From Octopus sinensis (Eukaryota), in NCBI RefSeq assembly GCF_006345805.1, contig NC_042998.1, positions 34,100,001-34,164,000 of the forward strand: a stretch of DNA of 64,000 bases, in the 5' to 3' direction. Under the pieces are notes generated by a model that was given only the letters and a program-made list of their open reading frames with translations, did not search any database and was not told the origin of the DNA. Each line of letters starts with the position of its first letter. The first letter of the stretch is position 1. This document shows, one piece after another, positions 10,567-23,173 of this stretch. The position numbers were made by a program, and so were the translations under genes.

Positions 10567-11439
10567 GGGAACCTGGAGTAGCCTTGGCCTTGCCAGCTTC
10601 TGTCAGACCATCCAACCCATGACAGCAAGGAAAACAGACATTAAATGATGATGATGATATCTTCCTTATTCATAACTTATCTTAAATCACTGTAAATTTT
10701 ATATATTCTAGTTTTTCTCCAATAATTTCAAAGTGAACCCTGTCATTTCTTTCAAAGTGTCTCCCTTATTATTTATGTTACTCAACTAGTATTTTTGTTG
10801 AAATATATTTCAGATTCTATAACCAATGCCATTGTATGGAAGACAGATGTCATTTGCATATTATAGAAATATAGCATTGAGAATTACTTCTGTGATAAGA
10901 CACATTAGAGTTATTCCTGAGAAATATTTTCTCTATTTCACCAATATGAATGTTTGCCATTTTTTTTTTACTGTTTTCAGTTATTTCTATAAGACACACA
11001 TACACACATACACGTACTCTTTCTCCTCCTTGTTCTCATCCTCATCATCGTCATCATTGTCGTTGTTATCATCATTATCATCATCATCATCATCATTGTT
11101 TTAATGTCTTTTTTTTTTACCTTCTCCAGGCTTGCTTGGGTCAGGCAAGACTCTGTAGAGTCAGAATGTTCTACAGCTAAAGGTCCCTCTTGTCACTGAA
11201 TCCCCGTCTGTTTCCAAGTGTGGTAATAATCTCCCAGTTTGCTTATGTATTGAAATGGAAATAAATGACACACAGTGACTCTCTCGTTCACAAAGATCAC
11301 TTAATGTTTTAAGACTTGTCAAGAAACTCAGCAATGCTTTCATATTGGACAGCAGGCAAACAACACCATCAGAAAAACCATCATTCACAACCAACAAGCA
11401 AAAGATGTGCAGATGAAGTAAATACAAAATTGTTCACAC

Positions 11440-11715
11440 CTGACTGGCTCCCGTGCCGGTGGCACGCAAAAAGCAATATTTGAGTGTGGTTGTTACCAGC
11501 ACTGTCTGACTGGCCCTCGTGCCAGTGACATGTAAAAAAGCACCCACTACACTCTCAGAGTGGTTGGCGTTAGGAAGGGCATCCAGCTGTAGAAACATTG
11601 CCAGATCAGATTGGAGTCTGGTACAGCCTTCTGGCTTGCCAGTCCTCAGTCAAACCATCCAAACCATGCCAGCATGGAAAGTGGACGTTAAACGATGATG
11701 ATGATAATGATGATG
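11440..11715 (+). mobile_element. RTE LINE 3' UTR fragment
   Basis: gtgccggtggcacg units, ggcgttaggaagggcatccagc, (GAT)n tail. Confidence 0.8.
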
Positions 11716-12619
11716 ACATATATGCATAGGACAAGCTTCTTTCAGCTTCTACCTGCAAAATCCCACTCACAGGCTTTGGTTACCACAGAACTGTAGTAAA
11801 AGACACTCACCTAAGGTGCCGTGCAGCGGCACTGAACACCAAATTATGTAACAGTTCTTGTTCAAAGTTCCCTCTTTGCTCAGACGTCACATCTCCCTCA
11901 TGTTTCACTTTAGACATGATATCTATGACCAGATGCCTTTCATATCACCAAAAACTTTACACAGTATTGTGGAAGCGTTTATCATGGCACCACACTAAAG
12001 CGATTCTCTTGTGAAACTAAACAGTTATTTCCACACTGCATTGTTTCTATTCCTTTGCCAACACTTTACAAAGTGCACCAGGTGCATTTTACTTGGCACC
12101 TACACCAGAGAGCCATCTTGTTCCCAGCTATACCAAAAAATCCTTTCTACCCCGTGCTGTCTCTGTTCATTTATTTACCAACACTGGTGGTTAAATATAA
12201 AACATATTAATACTGTTTCAGAAATATAGATTTATAATATTGAAAATATCTCTTTTATAATGACCATGGAACAATAAAACTAGCAGAACGAAACAAATCT
12301 GGCTATATTTTTAGAATAAGTTTATGGCACAACACAGCTATCGCAACAATATAAATATAACATGTTGTAACTATTTTGGCAAAGCAGATAGAGAGTATGA
12401 TGTACTTATTTCTTTGAATGAAAAGTATAATGGATCTGAACTAATAGTTATCAAATTTGAGAGGAAGGAAGTTGCAGTTTGCTATGTTTTAAGACAGAAT
12501 AAATGGAGATAAAGCAATAAATAAAGAATGAGAAAAAAAATAGTTTCCTATTATCTGGAATCTTTTTTTTATTATGTTAGATCTAATTTTGTGGACAAAT
12601 ACATACTTACAAAATACTT

Positions 12620-12751
12620 ACCGATAAACACACACACACACATGTGTATATGTGTGTGTGTGTGTGTGTATGTGTGTGTATATACATATATATATATTAT
12701 ACACACATGCACACACATATATATGAATGTATATATGTATATATATATGTG

Positions 12752-12801
<50 letters not shown>

Positions 12802-12851
12802 TATATAAATATATATATATATATTTATATGTATATATGTATATGTATATA

Positions 12852-12882
<31 letters not shown>

Positions 12883-13005
12883 CATACATGTATATATACA
12901 TATATGTATGTATATGTGTGTGTGTGTTTGTGTATGTGTTGCGTATATACCTACACATATATATATCAAGCTTCATATTTCTACACACACATGTATACAT
13001 GCATA
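12620..13005. repeat. Compound (TA)/(TG)/(CA) microsatellite
   Basis: Direct reading. Confidence 0.95.
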
Positions 13006-13108
13006 CGTGTTGTATGTGAAGAGAGAGAAAAAGATGAGCAGAGAGACAAGAATAAACAAAGTGAAATAAAGCAATATGGAAAGATATGAGTTAACTCTTT
13101 AGCATTTA

Positions 13109-14420
13109 TAAGAGGGTGCTGAAAAGTTCCTGGCTTTCAGGGTATCATGAAAGGGTAGAGCTTTTACCTTTACAGTGGAGGTGGGAGAACTATTAAGGAG
13201 TAGATATACAAAAGATCATAATGGTATATTTCTTTATTGCCTACAAGGGGCTACACACAGAGGGACAAACGAGGACAGACAAAGGGATTAAGTCGATTAC
13301 ATCGACCCCAGTGCGAAACTGGTATTTAATTTATCGACCCCGAAAGGATGAAAGGCAAAGTCGACCTCGGCGGAATTTGAACTCAGAACGTAACGACAGA
13401 CGAAATATCGCTAAGCATTTCGCCCAGCACGCTAACGTTTCTGCCAGCTCGCCGCCTTTAAGATCATAATGGTATACAATATACATTTTTCTTTTTTGCA
13501 AATTTAATGCATGATAGCAGCTTTGACAGTGGATTTTGGTAAACTTGAAGCATGGGTGGCCATGAAGTTCCTTGTTTTTTCCAAGGTAAAGGAAAAGGCA
13601 GAAATCCAAGGCAAGATAAAGGAAATCATGAAGAATGGTTGCCCATCTTACTCCATAGTGAAAAACTGGGTGTCAAGGTTTCATACTAGTCACTTTGAGG
13701 TCACAGATGAACCCTGGTCAGGATGGCCAACTTCCACGACCACAGAGGACAAAGCCGATGCTGTGCACATCATGATTCTCGAGAACCACTGGATTTCTGC
13801 TAGAGTCATAGGTGAGACCCTGGGAATTTCTTGCGTAAATGTTGGCCATATCATCCAGAACATTCTGGACATGAGAAAGCTTTCCTCAAAATGGCTGCTG
13901 AAATGCCAGAATGCAGATCAGCAGTGCTTCAGAGGGATGACATCAAAGGCAATTTGGGGCCAGTTTTCAGTGGGAGAGGCTGATTTAAAGGCTCATTTAA
14001 TCACCATGGATGAGACTTGGCTTCATCATTATGATCCCCAGACCAAGTAGCAGTCAGTGGATTGGTGCCACGGTGGTTCACTGTGTCCCAAGACGTTTTA
14101 GACTCAGAAGTCAGTTGGAAAGATTCTGGCTTCAGTGTTCTAGGACAAAGACAGAGTACTCCTCATAAAAAGCATGCCAAAGGGTCACACCATCAATGCA
14201 AAATACTACACGTCTCTGTGGGACAAACTGCATTAAGCTTTGAAGCAAAATCGCCATGGAAAGCTCGGCTGTGGTGTCCTGCTTTTTGCATGACAATGTA
14301 CCAGCACACACAACACATGAATCTCTAAGGAAGATACATGACTTGGGCTTCAAATTGGTAGACCACTCACCTTACTCTCCTGATTTGGACCCCTACAACT
14401 ATCACCTCTTTCCACATCAT
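13109..14420 (+). mobile_element. Mariner (DD34D) transposon with pseudogenised transposase
   Basis: TA + AGAGGGTGCTGAAAAGTTCCTGGCTTT end; ORF 13511-14050 ends ITMDETWLHHYDPQTK, followed by LHDNVPAH and HSPYSPDLDPYNYHLFP in a shifted frame. Confidence 0.9.
13229..13459 (-). mobile_element. tRNA-derived SINE, family C (tail type 1), nested in mariner
   Basis: 17-bp TSD aagatcataatggtata (13212-13228 / 13460-13476); head ggcggcgagctggcagaaacgttagc, B box gagttcaaattcc. Confidence 0.9.
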
Positions 14421-14560
14421 CATCTACAGCTGAGTTAACTGGAGCAACGTGAAATGAAGTGTATTGCTCAAGAACACAACACACAGCCAGGTCCAAGAAT
14501 CAAACTCACTACCTCATGATTGTGAGCCCAATGCTCTTACCACTGAGCCAGGCACCTTCA
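14419..14560 (-). mobile_element. tRNA-derived SINE family D, 5' part
   Basis: Minus strand ggctcagtggtaagagc...gagtttgattc...ttcttgagcaatacacttcatttcacgttgctccagt. Confidence 0.75.
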
Positions 14561-15397
14561 CAGTCATCAAGCCATTTTCAAAATGATTTGACACATGCTA
14601 AAATGTTTTTTTCCACTACTCTCATTTTCTTTTTTTTTAACCCTTTTTCTTCTGCCTAACTTTCTGAAGAAGATTAAAGCATGAAACAACACAACTCCTT
14701 TCTGTCTTTTCCGGGAACATCAAACTAATAATTACATTTTGTTTCAGGACAGCAGGATACGAGATAATCCATACAGATTAATGCATGTAATTATGAACAA
14801 TTCCATTACAGAACCACATGCAATCACACACATGCAAAAACACATACACAAAAGCACAAGAACATACAGCCATACACACACATCCATGTGCACACCCATG
14901 CATAAACACACACACAAAGATATACACAAGCACACACATGTGAGAACACACACACACACGCACGCACATGCACATCCTGTTCTCTCCTTCTCCACATAAG
15001 GAGCTACACCTGTAAATCTTTATGGGATGACAAGCAGATCTCAGCAGATCTGAACTAACCTTGAAAACATTGGCTGAACCCTTAAACAGATCGTGGATGG
15101 CCAATGCACACACACACACACATACACGCTCAGAAATACACACACAGGTAGGCACACAAGTGCACACACACACAACCACATACATACATGTACACATGCA
15201 TATATAAATGCTCTTCATTTCCTCTCACCCTTCCTTTCTCTTGTAAGCAACTACACGTCTACATACACACATGCATACATACATACACACAAATATAAGA
15301 CAAATTTTCGGGCAGACCTTGAAGAGTGAGGGTATGTCATTGGTGAGGTTGTGAATAACAATGAAAGGACTTTGACAAACAAAAAACTGATTAATTC

Positions 15398-15555
15398 TGT
15401 TGTGTCTGGGGAGAGTCATTTTCTTTTTGTGCCTTATTATGTAACACATTTACCGGTAAAATTTCCACTTATTTCTTATTTTTATTTTCCTAAAATTTTC
15501 GTTGAGTCTTGCAACCTTTTCAATAGTCTTGACTCTGTCCGTTATTTACACTGTG
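15398..15555 (+). repeat. Repeat J
   Basis: Homologous to 6481-6620. Confidence 0.8.
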
Positions 15556-16138
15556 TCCTATTTGTTTGTTTGTGCACATGTGTGTGGGTCAGTGTGTGTG
15601 TGTGTGCCTATGCATGTATGTACGTATGAATGTGTATATGTATGCATGCATGTGTATGTATGCATATGTATATATGTATGTATGTGTGTGCATCTGTATG
15701 TATGTATCCTGCAAAAATGAAACTGATTAATTGTTTAACCAAAACTTTAAGCAAACAATTGGTTAGTTAATTGATTAGATATTTAACCAATTTATAGTAT
15801 TAAAGAAGTGATATTGAACCAGTGTGTGTGTTTATTATTACTGGTGAAATGACCCTCCCAAGGTACAAGATACAACATGCATGTTTCAGTCAGGATCAGT
15901 ATTACCTCTCAGCATTAATACTGCCTCTGTTGCTAATTTATATTTTTAATAAGTTCACTTCTTATTAAAATATTTTAATTCACGATTACATACCCATCAC
16001 TGTACATATTTCTCCCCACTACTCTAGTTTTTGAATTTTTGACTGGTTCGCCAGTCTTCAATCAAATCGTCCAACCCATGCTAGCATGGAAAGTGGACGT
16101 TAAACGATGATGATGATGATAATGATGTATATATATAT

Positions 16139-16448
16139 GTGAAGGCGCAATGGCCTAGTGGTTAGGGCAGCGGACTCGCAGTCGTAGGATCGCAGTTTCG
16201 ATTCCCAGACCGGGCGTTGTGAGTGTTTATTGAGCGAAAACACCTAAAGCACCACGAGGCTCCGGCAGGGGGTGGTGGCGAGCCCTGCTGTACTCTTTCG
16301 CCACAACTTTCTCTCACTCTTTCTTCTGTTGGCCTGCTCACTTAGCCAGCGGGGTGGCGTCATTTGAAGGCTAAAACAATGCGAAGCGCATTGTGACCAG
16401 CGATGTGTAACAACATCTGATGGCCTGGTCGGTCACGGTGATCACGGT
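16139..16448 (+). mobile_element. SINE family E (tail type 2)
   Basis: Head ggcctagtggttagggcagcggactcgc...gtttcgattccc shared with the 2462/3243 copies; 3' body differs. Confidence 0.8.
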
Positions 16449-16796
16449 GGTATATATATATATTCCTCCCACCCCCTACCGAAAGATGAACAATTATCTC
16501 CCCTGTCCACAATAATAACGATAACCAATTACCTTCCCTTAGATTTTTCTACATGTTGAATCATTCATTCATAAACTCCACACACAACATGGACAAAAAA
16601 AATTTCTTAAGAAAATACATCTTTAAATAAATTTTAATGTCATGATTAGCAAAAGCAAAACCGGTTGACAAACACAATATAAGATATATTAAAAATTATA
16701 TTAATACTACGTAAAGTGTGTGCATTTTCCTTCTTTAATTTCTTATATATGTTACAACTCACCACCTGGGAATAATCAAAATTCCTCCCTTTCTGT

Positions 16797-16833
<37 letters not shown>

Positions 16834-16854
16834 TATGTATATATTGGGATCATA

Positions 16855-17440
16855 ACCTGTGGCCTATGCCAGGAGTGTAACCAGTCCACTTATGCGTGCC
16901 TCTCCTTCATTGGACACTAAATGCTGCTTGCGAAGACCTGTTGAGGCAAGTGAAATCGAAATCAAAATCGATGACTGGCATCCATGCTAGTGAAGCGCTA
17001 AGAGTACCATACGAGTGAGATCGATGCCAGAGCAATAAGCTGGCCTCCACCCCGATGGCACGTTAAAAACACCATCTGAGCGTGATCGTTACCTGCATCG
17101 CCTTACTAGCACTTGTGCTGGTGGCACGTGAAAAAACATTCAAGCGAGGTCGTTGTCTTTGCCAGTGCCACTGGACTGGCTCCTGTGCAGGTGGTACATA
17201 AAAAGCACCATTTGAGCGTGACCATTGCCAGTACTGCATGAATGGCCCTTGTGCCGGTGGCACGTAAAGGCACCCACTACACTCTCAGGGTGGTTGGCGT
17301 TAGGAAGGGCATCCAGCTGTAGAAACTCTGCCAGATCAGATTGGAGTCTGGTGCCGCCATCTGGTTTACCAGACCTCAGTCAAATCGTCCAACCCATGCT
17401 AGCATGGAAAGGGGATGTTAAACGATAATGATGATGATGA
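16855..17440 (+). mobile_element. RTE LINE, long 3' UTR fragment
   Basis: gaagacctgttgaggcaagtg, several ~60-bp units, (GAT)n tail. Confidence 0.85.
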
Positions 17441-17444
17441 TGAA

Positions 17445-18040
17445 AATTAGTGTACATTTAAACACATAAGAGGTGCCCTGACAGGACACCTAACATGCTA
17501 GAAGGACCAGTCAAAATCCAAACCACGGTTAGGGGTAATTTCGAAAGGAATGAAAAATAAAAGCATTTGCCATATTTTGTTACAAGACCACGGTTTCAAA
17601 TATATAGTCTATTGACTATTTTCTGCATGCTAGGCCACTGGTAGAAAAATTTCTATAATTTTTCCTACGTTGTATATTTTTTTTAATATGATTTTAGTAA
17701 TTTTGAAGTATGTCAACATTTTTATTTACTGCCAACATAATTATATTTTAACCATTGGCGTACCCGCTGATGAGAACTTCACCTAGCAAATTATTTTATT
17801 TGTTAATTAAAGTTTGAAACCATGCTCTGGTAACAAAATATGTTTCATTCCCTTCGAAATTACCCCTAACTGTGGTTTGGATTTTAACTAGTCCTTCTAG
17901 CATGTTGGGTGTCCTGTCAGGGCACCTCTTATGTGTTTAAATGTACACTAATTTTATATGAATAATATATAGTCTAATGACTATTTTCTGCATGCTAAGC
18001 CACTGGTAGAAAAATTTCTTTTATTTTCCTACCCTGTATA
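17445..18040. mobile_element. Element I: inverted plus partial-tandem repeat with a hammerhead (Penelope-like arrangement)
   Basis: 17445-17600 is the inverse of 17812-17956; 17601-17678 is directly repeated at 17965-18040. Confidence 0.7.
17761..17832 (+). ncRNA. Type-I hammerhead ribozyme motif (stem III mutated in this arm)
   Basis: tacccg CTGATGA gaactt-30 nt-aagttt GAAAC catg CTC tggta; the inverted arm reads GAAAC cgtg GTC ttgta and the 22892 copy reads GAAAC cttag GTC tgg. Confidence 0.55.
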
Positions 18041-18413
18041 TTTTTCATATATATATATACAACTTATATATATATATATATATATACACCTTAAACAACT
18101 TATACATATATACATAAATGAGTTTGTGTGTGTATGTGCATGTGTGTCTTGATATTACACATTAACTGCTGTCTGTTTGTAATCTCTCATGATGTAATGT
18201 CTGGATTAGTGTAAACTATTATGCTGCTTGGAAACAGATGAAGGTTAGTGACAGCAAGAGCGTCTGGTTGAAGAGTAAAAAAATTGGATACTGTTTGACC
18301 CATGCAAACATGGAAAAAGTAGACATAAAATGACAATGGTGATGATGAAGATGATAATGGTGATGATGATGATGCTGAGAGGAGGAGAAAGATGATGATG
18401 ATTTTAATGATGA

Positions 18414-18445
<32 letters not shown>

Positions 18446-18859
18446 AGATATAAATGCATGTCTGGACACTTCAATATGGCTTGATATTTTGTTTTGTATC
18501 AATTTCTAAGGATGATATTTCTCTAAAATAAAAAAAAGTCATAAAACAAAACAAAAACTAAAGCAAAAGAATAAAGACCCCACAAAAAGCAAAAAAAAAA
18601 AATTTTTACCAAAACTGGGAATAACAATATTCTTCAAAGACAGTCTATTCTGACTTTGCACCCGGATTATTTTCAGGTGGTTTTATGAGATGTGGAACCT
18701 ATAATTTTGGATGTCTGCACATAAAATAGCACTGGGAGTCAGTTATTATTGATAGCAATGATAAATAATGCTGGCTTTGAGTTTGAATTTTGAAGTTTCT
18801 TCACCTACTTAAAATATATTATGCAAATCTGATATGACAATATATTGGTAAGGCATAAT

Positions 18860-19150
18860 ATTTTATACATACTTAAATACGTATACATATATGTGTGTGT
18901 GTGAGAGAGCATGTGTGTATGAATATATATATATGCATATATATACACACACACACACACATATATATATACATACATATATATGCATATATACATACAT
19001 ATACATATACATACATATGAACATATATATACATACATACATATATATATATATGTATGTATGTATGTTTCTATGTGTGTATGTATGTGTGTGTGTGTGT
19101 GTATGCATGCATATATAAATATATATATGAATATATATATATATATATAA

Positions 19151-19200
<50 letters not shown>

Positions 19201-19243
19201 GAATATATGCATATATATATATATATACATATATAATATAAAT

Positions 19244-19275
<32 letters not shown>

Positions 19276-19365
19276 CTAAATGAATATACATACATACATA
19301 CATACATACATACATACATACATACATACATACACACATATACATACATATATATATATATATGT
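18860..19365. repeat. Compound (TA)/(CA)/(TACA) microsatellite
   Basis: Direct reading. Confidence 0.95.
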
Positions 19366-19647
19366 TTTCATCTCGTGTATATCAATATTTTGTCAAATTG
19401 AATTTGAATATATTTTTAAAGTAGCTGAAGAAAGTATAAAATTCAAAGTGTCTGTCAAAACTATTTATCTCAGCTATCAATAATAACTGACTTCCAACTG
19501 CTGTTTTATTTGCAGGCAACAGCAACAAAAAAAAGGGCATCTGGCTATAAAAACAATTTCTCAATAATACATTCATCTAACCCATGATAACATGCAAAAA
19601 CAGACATAAATCAAATGAATGAATATATAATATGCATATATAGATAT

Positions 19648-20040
19648 AGGCGTGGCTGTGTGGTAAGAATTTGCTTTCCAACCACATGATTCCAGGTTCA
19701 GTCCCACTGTGTGGAACCTTGGTTGGGTGTCTTCTGCTATAGCTTTGATCTCAGCAAAGACTTGTGAGTGGATTTGGTAAAAGGAAACTGAAAGAAGCTC
19801 ATTGTATGTGCATGTGTGTCTGTTTGTGCTAGTTCCCCCACCACCATTACGTCCACCACTTGACGTCTGGTGTTGGTTTGTTTACATTCTTGTAACTCAC
19901 CGGTTTGGCATAAAAGACCAACTGAATAAATTGCCAGGCTTTAAAATATAGATACAGGGGTTGATTTGATTGACTAAAATCCTCCAAGACTGTGCTCCAG
20001 TATGGTCACAGACAATGACTGAAACAAGTAAAAGTTATAA
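19648..20040 (+). mobile_element. SINE family A (diverged)
   Basis: Head, microsatellite and tail layout. Confidence 0.8.
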
Positions 20041-20147
20041 GATGCCTACATAGGGTCATGTCAATTTATACAGTATGTGTGTGTGTGTGCGTGCGCACAT
20101 ACATATGTATGTATATGTGTGTATGGATATATATGTGTGTGTATTTA

Positions 20148-20380
20148 AGGCGGCAAGCTGGCAGACACGTTAGCACGCCAGGCGAAATGCTTAGCGGTAT
20201 TTCGTCTGTCGTTACGTTCTGAGTTCAAATTCCGCCGAGGTCAACTTTACCTTTCATCCTTTCGGGGTCAATAAATAAAGTACCAGTTTCGCACTGGGGG
20301 CGATATAATCGACTCAATCCCTTCGTCTGTCCTTGTTTGTCCCCTCTATGTTTAGCCCCTTCTGGGCAGTAAAGAAATAT
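20148..20380 (+). mobile_element. SINE family C (tail type 1, full length)
   Basis: aggcggcaagctggcag...gcctttcatcctttcggggtc-like core...taaagaaata. Confidence 0.9.
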
Positions 20381-20456
20381 ATATGTGTGTGTGTATGTAT
20401 ACATGTGTAAATGTATGTATATGTATGTACATGTGTCTGAATGTATGTGTCTATAT

Positions 20457-20530
<74 letters not shown>

Positions 20531-20533
20531 ATG

Positions 20534-20565
<32 letters not shown>

Positions 20566-20829
20566 CTGTGTTTGGACATATTTATAGAATTATTTCCCTG
20601 AAGTTACAAGGTGAACTGTGAAACAAGAGTCATGTCTGTTTTGATAGACAGAAAAGTGTGATTTACCTCAGAGCAGTAGTTCCTAACCGTTTTTTACCTA
20701 TGAAACCCTTTCCTTAATAATTTATTCTGGTAGACCCCCATAGCCATTCGATGTTTGAAAGCTAGTTTTATAGAAATTTCTTTCAAAATTCCTATTTTGA
20801 TTTTCACATGTGTAGGTTTGCAACAAGTG

Positions 20830-21065
20830 AAGGTGCGTGGCTAAGTGTCAGCACCATGATTGTAAGATTGTGGTTTCGATTCCTTGATTGGGCGATGCGT
20901 TGTGTTCTTGAGCAAAACACTTCATTTCACATTGCTCCAGTCCACTCAGCTGGCAAAAATGAGTAACGCTGCGATGGACTAGTGTCTCGTGCAGTTGGTG
21001 AACACGTACGCCATAGAAACTGGGAAACCGGGCCCATGAGCCTGGCTAGGCTTTAAAAGGGCGCA
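20830..21065 (+). mobile_element. SINE family D
   Basis: tRNA-like head, ttcttgagcaaaacacttcatttcac, ctgcgatggact motif, AT-rich tail. Confidence 0.75.
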
Positions 21066-21142
21066 TTTATTTAACTATTTATTTATAGGTTTGCAACAAC
21101 AATCTGAGAGAATGCGTTTCAGTTGCCAAAGACATGTTAAAC

Positions 21143-21360
21143 TGATGTTTTGCAAACAACTTGCACATGCAAGTACTACCAGTTAAGAGCTCTGCATACT
21201 GGAAGCCAGCAAGTGTATGTGTTTTCACATTTCTTGAGGAGGTTTACATAATGGTTGATCTTTCAAACCTGAGCAGCGTCCATGTTATCTTCATGAGGAA
21301 CTGTTAACTCGACTAGATTCACAACTTTCTTTCTTTCACACCACATTAAAATAACACTGC
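21143..21360 (-). mobile_element. RLE-type non-LTR retrotransposon fragment (HERO/NeSL-like endonuclease)
   Basis: Minus-strand translation CERKKVVNLVELTVPHEDNMDAAQV*KINHYVNLLKKCEN matches the ELTVPxExN...RK..RY pattern. Confidence 0.7.
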
Positions 21361-21482
21361 GAGAGAATGTGTTTCAGATGCCAGAAATATGTTAAAAGGT
21401 GGCGAGCTGACAGAAATGTTAGCACGCTGGGCGAAATGTTTAGCGGTATTTCATCTGTTTTTATGTTCTGAGTTCAAATATA

Positions 21483-22394
21483 TAGGCACAGGAGTGGCTG
21501 TGTGATAAGTAGCTTGTTTACCAACCACATGGTTCCTGTTTCAGTCCCACTGTGTGGCACATTGGGCAAGTGTCTTCTACTTTAGCCTTGGGCCAACCAA
21601 AGCCATGTGAGTGGATTTGGTAGGTGGAAACTGAATGAAGCTCGTCGTATAAATGTACATATATATATATATCATCATCATCATTTAACATCCTCTTTCC
21701 ATGCTAGCATCGGTTGGACGATTTGACTGAAGACTGGCAAACCAGATGGCTGCACCACGCTTCAATCTAATCTGGCAGAGTTTCTACAGCTGGAGTGTAG
21801 TGGGTGCTTTTATGTGCCACTGGCATGAGGGCCAGTTAGGCAGTACTGGCAACAGCCACACTCAAATGGTGTTTTTTATGTGCCACCTGCATAGGAGCCA
21901 GTCCAGCGGCAGTGCCAACGACCTTGCTTGAATGTTTTTTCACAATGCCACCAGCACAAGTGTCAGTAAGGCGATGCTGGAAGCAATCATATTTGAACGG
22001 TGCTCTTAGCACTCCACTAGCATGGATGCCAGTCATTGAATTTGATTTTGATTTCCATTTCGATTGCCTCAACAGGTCTTCGCAAGCAGAGTTTAGTGTC
22101 CAATAAAGGAAATGTATGCATATGTGGGCTTGTTACATCCCTGGCATAGGCCATGGGTTATGGTCTCACTTGGCTTGCCGGGTCTTCTCAAGTACAGCAT
22201 ATTTCCAAAGATCTCGGTCACTAGTCATTGCCTCGGTGAAGTGTAATGTTCAAAGGTGTGCTTCACCACTTCATTCCAGGTTTTCCTGGGTCTACCTCTT
22301 CAACAGGTTCCCTCAACCGCTAGGGTGTGGCAGTTTTTCACACAGCTATCCTCATCCATTCTCATGACATGACCATACCAGCGCAGTATATATT

Positions 22395-22439
<45 letters not shown>

Positions 22440-22640
22440 TCCCCCCAACATCGTTTGACCACCAATGCTGTTGTGTTTACGCCCCCGTAACTTAGCGTTC
22501 AGCAAAAGTGTCCGATAGAAAAAGTACTAGGCTTACAAAGAATAAGTCCTGGGGTCAATTTGCTCAACAAAAGGCAGTGCTCCAGCATGGCCCTGTCAAA
22601 ATGACTGAAACAAGTAAAATAGTAAAAGAAAAGAAAAAGA
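21483..22640 (+). mobile_element. SINE family A interrupted by an RTE insertion
   Basis: Head 21483-21650 and tail about 22425-22640, with RTE in the internal microsatellite. Confidence 0.8.
21670..22388 (-). mobile_element. RTE LINE, ORF C-terminus and 3' UTR
   Basis: Minus strand LRWYGHVMRMDEDSCVKNCHTLAVEGTC.RGRPRKTWNEVVKH; homologous to 62650-62890. Confidence 0.9.
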
Positions 22641-22671
22641 ATATATATATATATAATTTCTTAAAATTAAT

Positions 22672-23050
22672 ATAGGGTAGGAAAAATTATAGAAATTTTT
22701 TCTACCAGTGGCCAAGCATGTATACAAAGTCAATAGACATATTTTTCATATAAAAATTTGTGTACATTTAAACATAAAAGAGGTGAGCCTTAACAGGTCG
22801 CCTTACATGCTAGAAGGAACAGTCAAAAAGTCCAAACCACAGTTAAGAGTAATTTCGAAGGGAATGAAAAATAAAACCATTAACCATGTTTGAAACCTTA
22901 GGTCTGGCTGCAAAACATGGTAATTGTTTCTATTTTTCATTCTTTTCGAAATTGCTCTTAACTGTGGTTTGGACATTTTGACTGTTCCTTCTAGCATGTA
23001 AGGCAACCTGTTACAGCCCACCTCTTTTGTGTTTAAATGTACACTAATTT
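22672..23050. mobile_element. Element I, second copy (inverted arrangement)
   Basis: Arms homologous to 17445-18040; GAAAC cttag GTC at 22892-22904. Confidence 0.7.
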
Positions 23051-23112
23051 TTATATAATTTTATTTGTGTGTGCATGCATGCATGTGTGTGTGTGTGTAT
23101 GTGTGAATGTGT

Positions 23113-23173
<61 letters not shown>

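Noticed and set aside
12528-13089. YI/CV/TH-rich ORFs (also 18805-19349, 23663-24146, 32420-32837, 45494-45823, 52036-52587)
   Set aside because: Translations of dinucleotide and trinucleotide repeats.
16139-16215. tRNA gene (also the heads of SINEs A, C, D and G)
   Set aside because: A/B boxes are present but the acceptor stem is incomplete and each continues into a SINE body.
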